Shown one piece after another: positions 56,998-64,000 of a stretch of DNA of 64,000 nucleotides. The notes beneath the pieces are model-generated. The model saw nothing but the letters and a program-made list of their open reading frames with translations. It searched no databases and was not told the DNA's origin. A program made the position numbers and the translations under genes. This stretch comes from an uncultured bacterium. GTDB taxonomy: Bacteria; Patescibacteriota; Minisyncoccia; Phycocordibacterales; CAIRYW01. Position 1 is the first letter of the stretch, and each line of letters opens with the position of its first letter. The stretch covers positions 4,352 to 68,351 of the forward strand of contig CAVYBO010000001.1 in the NCBI GenBank assembly GCA_963766885.1. The letters are read 5' to 3'.

Positions 56998-57183
56998 ATG
57001 AGCAAAATAGGCGATTATATAAAGGAATCAAAGACTGAATTGAGCCATGTAAACTGGCCAACGCGGAACCAAACAATGATGTTTTCGGCGTTGGTTATCG
57101 TAATATCTGTTGTTGGGGGGCTTTATCTTGGATTTTTCGATTCAACATTCAAATTACTTATTGAAAAAATCTTAAGCATCTAA
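56998..57183 (+). CDS. secE: Preprotein translocase subunit SecE
   Basis: 61 aa, single C-terminal TM, directly upstream of nusG. Confidence 0.6.
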   Translation: MSKIGDYIKESKTELSHVNWPTRNQTMMFSALVIVISVVGGLYLGFFDSTFKLLIEKILSI

Positions 57184-57186
57184 ATT

Positions 57187-57729
57187 ATGTCAAAACAAGC
57201 AGAAGGAGAAAGAAATTGGTACGCGATCCACACCTACGCAGGTTATGAAAACGCCGTTGCCAAAAACTTGAAGCAAAGAATAGAATCTCTAGGAATGGAA
57301 GACAAAATTTTTAATGTTATCGTGCCTACAGAAAAAAAGATCAAAGTTAAAGCAAACAAAAGAGTGGAGGAAGAAGAAAAAATTTATCCTGGATACGTTT
57401 TGGTGGATATGATTGTGACTGATGATTCTTGGTATGTGGTCAGAAACACTCCGCGCGTTACAGGATTTGTTGGATCAGGAGTTTTTCCAGTGCCGCTTGA
57501 TAAATCAGAAGTAGATGAATTGTTCCGCAGAATGGAAAATTCAACTCCAAAACACAATATTGATTTGGACGTTGATGATGCTGTAACGATTGTTGACGGG
57601 CCTTTCAAGGACTTGGAGGGCAAAGTTGGCGATGTGGACCAAGAAAGAGGCAAGATCAAAGTGCTTGTTTCGATGTTCGGCAGAGAGACGCCAGTTGAAT
57701 TGGACTTTTTGCAAGTCAAAAAGATTTAA
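57187..57729 (+). CDS. nusG: Transcription termination/antitermination factor NusG
   Basis: NGN domain WYAIHTYAGYE; C-terminal KOW GPFKDLEGKV. Confidence 0.85.
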   Translation: MSKQAEGERNWYAIHTYAGYENAVAKNLKQRIESLGMEDKIFNVIVPTEKKIKVKANKRVEEEEKIYPGYVLVDMIVTDDSWYVVRNTPRVTGFVGSGVFPVPLDKSEVDELFRRMENSTPKHNIDLDVDDAVTIVDGPFKDLEGKVGDVDQERGKIKVLVSMFGRETPVELDFLQVKKI

Positions 57730-57802
57730 GATACATTAGTAACGCCCGTCCGTAATAAGGAGCTTCTCGGGCCAGAAAATAAAATAGAATAAACAGAATA
57801 AA

Positions 57803-58225
57803 ATGGCAAAAAAAATAACAAAACAATTAAAACTGATGATTCCTGGAGGCAAAGCCGTGCCTGGACAGCAGCTTGGTCCTGCGCTAGGAAGTGCTGGAAT
57901 CAACATCGGAGAATTCGTAAAAAGATTTAACGACGAAACCAAAACTCGCGTAGGAGAGACTGTACCGACAATCGTAAATGTTTTTGAAGATAGAACTTAC
58001 GCCATGGTCTACAAGACAGAGCCTGCAAGCCAGATGGTCATCAAAGCAATCGGCATTGAAAAAGGCTCTGGAGAAAATACAAAGAAGAAAGTCGGTAAAA
58101 TTTCCAAATTAAAGATCAAAGAAATCGCAGAAAAGAAAATGGTAGACCTGAATGCAAAAGACCTAGCTGGCGCAATAAAGATTATTGAAGGAACTTGTAG
58201 GAGTATGGGCGTCGAAGTGATATAG
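57803..58225 (+). CDS. rplK: 50S ribosomal protein L11
   Basis: L11 N-terminal PGGKA.PGQQLGPALG plus C-terminal domain; 140 aa. Confidence 0.9.
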   Translation: MAKKITKQLKLMIPGGKAVPGQQLGPALGSAGINIGEFVKRFNDETKTRVGETVPTIVNVFEDRTYAMVYKTEPASQMVIKAIGIEKGSGENTKKKVGKISKLKIKEIAEKKMVDLNAKDLAGAIKIIEGTCRSMGVEVI

Positions 58226-58237
58226 ATCACTTTGGCG

Positions 58238-58307
58238 GACCTTTTGAGATATTTTGGAGAACTTTGTTCGAACAAAATATCCAAAAGGTGTACTGCTCCT
58301 GTAAGGA
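58238..58307 (+). ncRNA. Copy C of the conserved structured intergenic element, in the slot where rplA would be expected
   Basis: accttttg/caaaaggt outer stem, atatttt/aaaatat inner stem, gtactg, ctcc-tgtaa-ggag hairpin. Confidence 0.45.
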
Positions 58308-58340
58308 GTTGAGGTGGTAGCGTAAATAAAAAATTGAAAT

Positions 58341-58369
58341 TAAGCCGCGCCCTTCGGGCGCGGCTTTTT
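58341..58369 (+). terminator. Strong rho-independent terminator
   Basis: aagccgcgcccttcgggcgcggctttttt. Confidence 0.75.
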
Positions 58370-58421
58370 TGTTTGACAATTTTTATTTTACAGAATAACC
58401 TGTAAACAAGGAGAATGAATA

Positions 58422-58811
58422 ATGAACATTAAAGATGTCCTTTTAAAACAGGCTCAACCGTCAGATTCTGAAGTCGTTTCCAAAGCTTTGGAACATCATC
58501 CTCAACTCAAAGGCCACAAGGTCTTTTTGCAACTGGAAGACCTCCGGAAGTTTTTGGACACTCACAACCAAAACAAGCATTCGTGGAAGACTCTCGATGA
58601 GCTTGCCGAAAAGGCAAAGGGTCTTTGGCGTCTGATAAGCGTTTGGTCCAAGCAAGGTCCTCCCGAAAACGAAATGAGATTTTGGTCAGTTCGTGAGGAA
58701 GAGGACTCCCCATCCAACGATTGGTGGGGGAGTTACCATCTCTACTTTTGTCTCGCGATTTCTATGGACGAAGACGTCGAGATATTCAAAGTGAAGGTTG
58801 AAGAGTTCTAA
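58422..58811 (+). CDS. Hypothetical protein (GC higher than surroundings)
   Basis: 129-aa ORF. Confidence 0.3.
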   Translation: MNIKDVLLKQAQPSDSEVVSKALEHHPQLKGHKVFLQLEDLRKFLDTHNQNKHSWKTLDELAEKAKGLWRLISVWSKQGPPENEMRFWSVREEEDSPSNDWWGSYHLYFCLAISMDEDVEIFKVKVEEF

Positions 58812-58844
58812 GCTAGTACCACTTAATAAAATAGGTGGGATTTT

Positions 58845-59342
58845 TTATTTCAAAACTTTATACTCCAAAAATATTGTGCCAGTTGGAGTTGTGGATTCGG
58901 AAACCAGTTCTAATTTTGTGGGAATATTTTCATTAAACAATTTTATTCCCTCGCCAAAAATTACAGGCTCAATTGTCAGATAAATTGTGTCCACTGTTCC
59001 TGACTTTATAAACTTTGTATAAATTGAAGATCCTCCGCAGATTGCAACTTCTTTAAATCCTCGAGTTTCTAATTTTTCAATCAAATCTTTTGGTTCATCA
59101 TCTGTGGATTCTGTGCCTTCAAATTTTTTGGACCTAGAATAAATAATATTGAGCCTATCTTTTAGCGGACGGTTAAAAGTCTCGTATGTTGTGGCGCCCA
59201 TCACCACAACTCCGGCACGTTTGGTAATTTCCATAAAGCGTTTTTTGTCCTCAGGACTGCTCCAGCTTGTGGAAACCTGCTCTTTGCTTTGAGCAATAAA
59301 TCCGTCAGCGGTAATCGCTGCGATAATAAAAGTTTTAATCAT
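58845..59342 (-). CDS. folA: Dihydrofolate reductase
   Basis: IAAITADGFIAQ...VVVMGATTYETF...ICGGSSIY; 165 aa; beside dut-dcd-thyA. Confidence 0.65.
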   Translation of the reverse strand: MIKTFIIAAITADGFIAQSKEQVSTSWSSPEDKKRFMEITKRAGVVVMGATTYETFNRPLKDRLNIIYSRSKKFEGTESTDDEPKDLIEKLETRGFKEVAICGGSSIYTKFIKSGTVDTIYLTIEPVIFGEGIKLFNENIPTKLELVSESTTPTGTIFLEYKVLK

Positions 59343-59387
59343 ATTTTCATAATAGCAAATTTACTCGAAATTTTCTTGTGATATCAT

Positions 59388-61106
59388 TTGGAAATTATGA
59401 CGCAAGAAGAAGCACTCTCAATCCTAAAAACTGGCGCAAATGTTTTCCTGACGGGAGAACCTGGCTCTGGAAAGACGCATACGATAAATCAGTATTCGGA
59501 GTATCTCAAAGCTCACAACGTTGAACCTGCTATTACAGCTTCTACAGGAATTGCTGCCACGCACATTGGAGGACTTACAATTCACTCGTGGAGCGGGATA
59601 GGCATCAAAAACCAACTAACAGAATATGATTTGGATAAAATCGCTTCAAGTGAATATATTTCCAAGCGGGTCCGCAAAGCCAAGGTTTTGATTATTGATG
59701 AAATTTCAATGCTTGCTCCAGACACGCTTTTGATGGTTGATGCAGTTTGCAGGGAGGTAAAGCAAACTAGCGAACCGTTTGGCGGACTGCAGATTATTTT
59801 TGTCGGAGATTTTTTTCAGCTTCCACCAATTGTCAGAAGGAATTTTGACGATGATCACAATCAAGAAATATTTCCAGACCAAGACAGAGGCAGGTTTGCT
59901 TTTGAATCTAGCGCCTGGAAAAGGGCCAATCCTGCAGTTTGCTATCTTTCAGAACAACATAGGCAGGAAGATAAAGTTTTTTTGGAATTGCTGACTTCTA
60001 TCCGAAAAAATTTATGGAAAGACGCGCATAAGGAAATTCTTGAAAGAAGAAAAATCAGTCTTAAAGAAGTTTCTCTAAACACACCAAAACTCTTTTCACA
60101 CAATATTGATGTTGATAAGGTCAACTATGATGAGCTTACAAAAATTTCCGGCGACTCTGAGGTTTTTACAATGCTTGAGGAGGGAAACGGGGTATTGGTT
60201 TCAATTCTGAAGAAAGGATGTCTTTCGCCGGAAAGGCTGTCTCTCAAAGTTGGTGCTTCGGTAATGTTTACTAAAAATAATCACAAGGAAGGCTATATGA
60301 ACGGCACGCTTGGCAATATTGAAAGTTTTTCTCCATTTACAAACAATCCAATTGTCAAAATAAGAAACGGAAAACTGATTGAAGTTGAAAGAGCTGACTG
60401 GAATATAGAAGACAACGGAAAGATAAGGGCAAAAATAAGCCAGCTTCCACTTCGTCTCGCCTGGGCTATAACTGTCCACAAGAGCCAAGGTATGAGCCTG
60501 GATGAAGCTGTGATGGATTTGAGCCGGGTTTTTGAATACGGTCAAGGTTATGTAGCCCTTTCTAGAGTGCGGTCGCTTTCAGGACTCTATCTTTTAGGTT
60601 TGAATGAAAAGGCGCTCAAAGTGCATCCGGACGTTTTCGAGCAAGATGTTTTGTTTAGGGAGAGCTCGAAAGAGGCCAAAGAAGCATTTGAAAAAATGCC
60701 AAAAGATGACTTAGAAATAATCCAAAAAAATTTTATTCTTTTTTGCGGAGGCACAGTCGGAGTTTCTAGTGCGGAAGATTTAAAAAATAAAAAGGAGAAA
60801 ATTAGCACGTATAAAATTACTTTGAGTTTATGGATGGAAGACAAGACTATCAAAGAAATCGCCAAGATAAGAAAATTAAAAGAAAGAACAATTTTTGATC
60901 ATATCGAATATCTTTTTGAAAGAAAAGAAATTGAAAGGCATCAAATTCTGCGTTTAGTTACTCCGAAGCTCAAAAAAGCTTTGCCTGAGATAAATAAAAT
61001 TTTTGAAGAGATGGGAAAAGAAAAACTTACTCCTGTTTTTGAAAAAATGAATGGAGAGATTTCCTATGAAGAACTTAGAATTGCGAGAATGCTTTCTAAT
61101 ATTTAA
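59388..61106 (+). CDS. PIF1/RecD-family ATP-dependent DNA helicase with C-terminal HTH-like extension
   Basis: Walker A GEPGSGKTHT; motifs VLIIDEISML and TVHKSQGMSLD. Confidence 0.7.
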   Translation: MEIMTQEEALSILKTGANVFLTGEPGSGKTHTINQYSEYLKAHNVEPAITASTGIAATHIGGLTIHSWSGIGIKNQLTEYDLDKIASSEYISKRVRKAKVLIIDEISMLAPDTLLMVDAVCREVKQTSEPFGGLQIIFVGDFFQLPPIVRRNFDDDHNQEIFPDQDRGRFAFESSAWKRANPAVCYLSEQHRQEDKVFLELLTSIRKNLWKDAHKEILERRKISLKEVSLNTPKLFSHNIDVDKVNYDELTKISGDSEVFTMLEEGNGVLVSILKKGCLSPERLSLKVGASVMFTKNNHKEGYMNGTLGNIESFSPFTNNPIVKIRNGKLIEVERADWNIEDNGKIRAKISQLPLRLAWAITVHKSQGMSLDEAVMDLSRVFEYGQGYVALSRVRSLSGLYLLGLNEKALKVHPDVFEQDVLFRESSKEAKEAFEKMPKDDLEIIQKNFILFCGGTVGVSSAEDLKNKKEKISTYKITLSLWMEDKTIKEIAKIRKLKERTIFDHIEYLFERKEIERHQILRLVTPKLKKALPEINKIFEEMGKEKLTPVFEKMNGEISYEELRIARMLSNI

Positions 61107-61107
61107 A

Positions 61108-61527
61108 TTATTTTCCTGTACTGCCAAAAGCCCCTGTGCCTCGCGCAGAATCTGAAAGCTCGGTAACTTCTTCAAGCTCTGCGATTGCAACAGGAAAGAT
61201 TACAAGTTGAGCTATTTTGTGTCCTTTTTCAACTGTGTATGGCTTGTCGCTTAAATTTACCAGATGCACATTGTATTCGCCTCTGTATCCAGCGTCAAAA
61301 ACTCCGCCCATGGTATGAAGTCCGGCTTTTGAAATTGAAGATTTGTCTTTAACAATCGCTGCAAATCCTTCAGGGAATTCCAAAGCAAAGCCATTAAAAA
61401 ATCGTGCGTGCTCTCCCGGTTGAATCGTCTGAGTTTCCAAAGCATACAAATCCAAACCCACATCTCCAGGCAGCGCGTACGAAGGAAGCTTGGCTTCAGG
61501 ATTGAGTTTTTTGATCTTGATTTTCAT
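61108..61527 (-). CDS. dut: dUTP diphosphatase
   Basis: Motifs GVFDAGYRGE and RGTGAFGSTG. Confidence 0.85.
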   Translation of the reverse strand: MKIKIKKLNPEAKLPSYALPGDVGLDLYALETQTIQPGEHARFFNGFALEFPEGFAAIVKDKSSISKAGLHTMGGVFDAGYRGEYNVHLVNLSDKPYTVEKGHKIAQLVIFPVAIAELEEVTELSDSARGTGAFGSTGK

Positions 61528-61539
61528 TAGTTGAAAACT

Positions 61540-62223
61540 TTACTTAACTGGTTTTTTCTTGATGTCACGATCAGAGTAGAGTTTTGGGAGCATCATTTCT
61601 GGTTTCCAGCTTTTTTTCATCTTGTTAACATCAGTTGAAGAATTGTATTTGCCACTGACGTTGTAATCCTTACCCAGGATTTCTCCTGTTTCAAAAAACA
61701 CAATCTGCGCGATTCGTCTGCCAACAACCAAAGGGATTGAATAGTGCTTTGAATTATTGGTAATTTCCATTGTCCATCTGTTGGTATAGCCAACATCACC
61801 CCATCCTGCGCATTTGCAGACTTCTATAAAGCTTCTACCCAAAGATGATCGTGCTTTCATCATTGTGGTGATGTGATTTTTACCTCCGATAAATTCGTTG
61901 GTATGTGCCAGAATCGTTTCTCCAGGTTCAAGTACGATTACTTTTTCTTCAGGATTTATTCCAGTGAAATCAAATTTATATTTACTGAATATTTCTTTTG
62001 CAGTTGCAGCTTTTTTGGGTTTTGTGCCCCATACTCGGTCAACGTGGGATTTGTCGTATATATTGTAGATAGTTTGAAAATGTTTTGGTGGCTGCTGCGG
62101 AAAAAAATATTCACCAAGCGTCACATCATAGCTTGAAGTGGCAAGATTTTCTTTGACGAAAGGAAAAATTACCACGTTTCCATTTTTCATTTCTTCTAGA
62201 ATTTTTTTGTCTGAAAGCGCCAT
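61540..62223 (-). CDS. dcd: dCTP deaminase-like protein (dUTPase superfamily)
   Basis: N-terminal ILSDKKILEEMKNG and dUTPase-fold pattern; 227 aa; adjacent to dut. Confidence 0.6.
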   Translation of the reverse strand: MALSDKKILEEMKNGNVVIFPFVKENLATSSYDVTLGEYFFPQQPPKHFQTIYNIYDKSHVDRVWGTKPKKAATAKEIFSKYKFDFTGINPEEKVIVLEPGETILAHTNEFIGGKNHITTMMKARSSLGRSFIEVCKCAGWGDVGYTNRWTMEITNNSKHYSIPLVVGRRIAQIVFFETGEILGKDYNVSGKYNSSTDVNKMKKSWKPEMMLPKLYSDRDIKKKPVK

Positions 62224-62260
62224 AGGCTACTATTGTTGCAGAACTCAATTTAAAACACAA

Positions 62261-63193
62261 CTACACAGCAATCGGAGCTTTTATGGCAGGATGCGGATCG
62301 TAATTTAGGAGTTCGATGTCTTCAAGTTTGAAGTCAAAAAGGCTTTTTACATTTGGATTTAGTTTTACTGTTGGAGCTGCTTTCGGCTCTCTCTGAAGCT
62401 GTTCGTTCACTTGATCAATGTGGTTTAAATAAATATGCGTGTCACCTCCAGTCCAAATAAAATCTCCCGGCTGTAATCCTGATACGTGAGCAATCATAAT
62501 TGTAAGCAAAGCGTAGGAAGCGATATTAAAAGGAACACCAAGAAAAGTATCACAGCTTCGCTGGTAGAGGTGACACGAAAGTTTTCCATCAGAAACAAAA
62601 AATTGAAACAAACAATGGCAGGGAGGCAAGCCCGCTTTTGCCATCTCATCAATTTCTGCAGGATTCCATGCGCTGATAATAATTCTTCTAGAGTCTGGAT
62701 TTTTTTTGAGAGTTTCCAAAACTTCTGTTAGCTGATCAATTTCTTTGCCATCGGGAGTCTGCCATCTTCTCCATTGTTTGCCGTAAACAGGGCCCAAATC
62801 TCCCCACTTTTTGGAAAATTCTTCATTATTTAGAATTTTGTCGGTGAATTCTTTTTTCTGAGCTTTCCAGTCTTCGCTATTAACTTCTGGAATCGGCATA
62901 TTGTTTGCTTTGAGATACCACTTGAAAGGCCATTCATCCCAAATGTGATTATTATTTTCAAGCAGAGTTTTGAGTTTTGTATCTCCTGCTATAAACCATA
63001 AAAGCTCAGAAACAACTAATCTAAAAGCAATTTTTTTTGTAGTAAGCAAAGGAAAGTTTTTGCTTAAATCAAATCTCATTTGTGTACCAAAAAGAGCGAT
63101 AGTTCCTGTGCCCGTACGGTCACCTTTTTTTTCTCCCTCGGAAAGTATACGTTTTAAGAGGTTGTGATATTCAATATCGTGTGGATTATTCAT
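62261..63193 (-). CDS. thyA: Thymidylate synthase
   Basis: Catalytic PPCH motif ([12 protein letters not shown]); 310 aa. Confidence 0.9.
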   Translation of the reverse strand: MNNPHDIEYHNLLKRILSEGEKKGDRTGTGTIALFGTQMRFDLSKNFPLLTTKKIAFRLVVSELLWFIAGDTKLKTLLENNNHIWDEWPFKWYLKANNMPIPEVNSEDWKAQKKEFTDKILNNEEFSKKWGDLGPVYGKQWRRWQTPDGKEIDQLTEVLETLKKNPDSRRIIISAWNPAEIDEMAKAGLPPCHCLFQFFVSDGKLSCHLYQRSCDTFLGVPFNIASYALLTIMIAHVSGLQPGDFIWTGGDTHIYLNHIDQVNEQLQREPKAAPTVKLNPNVKSLFDFKLEDIELLNYDPHPAIKAPIAV

Positions 63194-63363
63194 GTATTTA
63201 TTTTATCACTAAACATTCTTTACAAAAAACTTCCAAAACACTTTTATTTTTTAGTCAATGTAATCTGGTTTTAATCGAAACGTATTATGACCTTAGTGCC
63301 CTTTAAAAAACACAAAGTTTTGTAACATTCACACACATCAAATTTCAATACTGTACCGCCAAA

Positions 63364-63843
63364 ATGAAAAAACAGACTCACAACTTATGCTTCGATCAAA
63401 GAAGAATCGAAGAGGTGGAAAATATTTCCAAAAGAAAGAAGGTTTCAAGGAAACTAAAGAACTACCTGATAGAAATGGTTTCCAAACCAGCGTGGCCTAG
63501 GGAAATAATGCTCCCATCTACCCACGACAATGTCGCAGCTCTACTGATATGTGAACCCGGAGGCGAAATCGGGAATCTGACAATTTCAGATGAACTCCAT
63601 CTATTTTTTGATGGAATGATCATAATTGAAAGATGGCCGTATATTGCCAATGGTGGTTTAGAACGGACGGCTTTTAAGCTCTTGAAAATCCGGAAGGTCA
63701 AGGTTAGTGGGCAATTAGTGGAAGTGCTGCTTGAGGAACCAGAGAGTGGATGTCAAAGCGCTGGGTTGCGCAGGAGGTTTGATTTTTCAGACCATACCGG
63801 GGAACCGGTTATTAAAGAGGTTAGTCATCCACTGCTTGAGTAA
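63364..63843 (+). CDS. Hypothetical protein
   Basis: 159-aa ORF. Confidence 0.3.
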   Translation: MKKQTHNLCFDQRRIEEVENISKRKKVSRKLKNYLIEMVSKPAWPREIMLPSTHDNVAALLICEPGGEIGNLTISDELHLFFDGMIIIERWPYIANGGLERTAFKLLKIRKVKVSGQLVEVLLEEPESGCQSAGLRRRFDFSDHTGEPVIKEVSHPLLE

Positions 63844-64000
63844 GAGCCGTTTACGGCTCATTTTTTATTTATGTTAAAATTCAAGTATGATTTAAGTGCT
63901 TAAAATTCGGATTTGCGATATTTACAGGAAGCGAATTTTTAACTAAATAAAATATTATGAAAGACAAACAAATTGAATCACTCATAAAAAAGGAAAAAGC

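Noticed and set aside
57730-57802. L11 operon leader or L1-binding regulatory structure upstream of rplK (hairpin gcccgtcc...ctcgggc)
   Set aside because: The hairpin is short. With rplA apparently absent, an L1-responsive leader is not expected, and there is no basis for a call.

Overview
The window is AT-rich (about one-third GC overall) and gene-dense, with short genes. Several traits point to a small-genome, CPR/Parcubacteria-like bacterium: pilMNO, paired sortases with an IPNTG substrate, secE-nusG-rplK with no rplA following, and -10-like boxes immediately upstream of start codons. This placement is inference. Conserved content includes tsaE-polA-holA-like, mutM, ruvA, rpsT, mscL, ruvX, rluA-family, rplS, mpg, folD, secE-nusG-rplK, folA-like, dut-dcd-thyA, a PIF1/RecD-like helicase, an ECF sigma factor with a putative anti-sigma partner, and seven tRNAs: Lys-CTT, Arg-GCG, Ser-TGA, Arg-TCT, Val-TAC, Leu-GAG and His-GTG. 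The standout feature is a ~19.6-kb island (31134-50719) directly downstream of tRNA-His(GTG). It consists of 13 tandem cassette units. Each unit ends in a conserved ~67-bp repeat whose last 8 nt (GTCGCCCA) match the 3' end of tRNA-His, which reads as serial site-specific integration at the tRNA-His 3' end, i.e. an integron-like cassette array. No recombinase gene is present in the window. Cargo includes a DHFR-like protein, a SAM methyltransferase, an HD protein, a CYTH+NUDIX pair, an orphan hisG, a thrC-like enzyme with a ThiS/MoaD-like carrier, a P-loop kinase, a 1368-aa LamG/FN3/GLUG surface protein and many hypotheticals; several units are GC-rich and look foreign. A second repeat family is a ~70-nt structured element with covarying stems. 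It occurs three times: after each tRNA-Arg gene and after rplK. The first two copies are bracketed by partial duplicates of the tRNA 3' end. Other points of note are an R-M islet beside tRNA-Arg(TCT), an HNH endonuclease gene overlapping tRNA-Ser, and a GC-rich (~60%) first 1.5 kb encoding a bactofilin.
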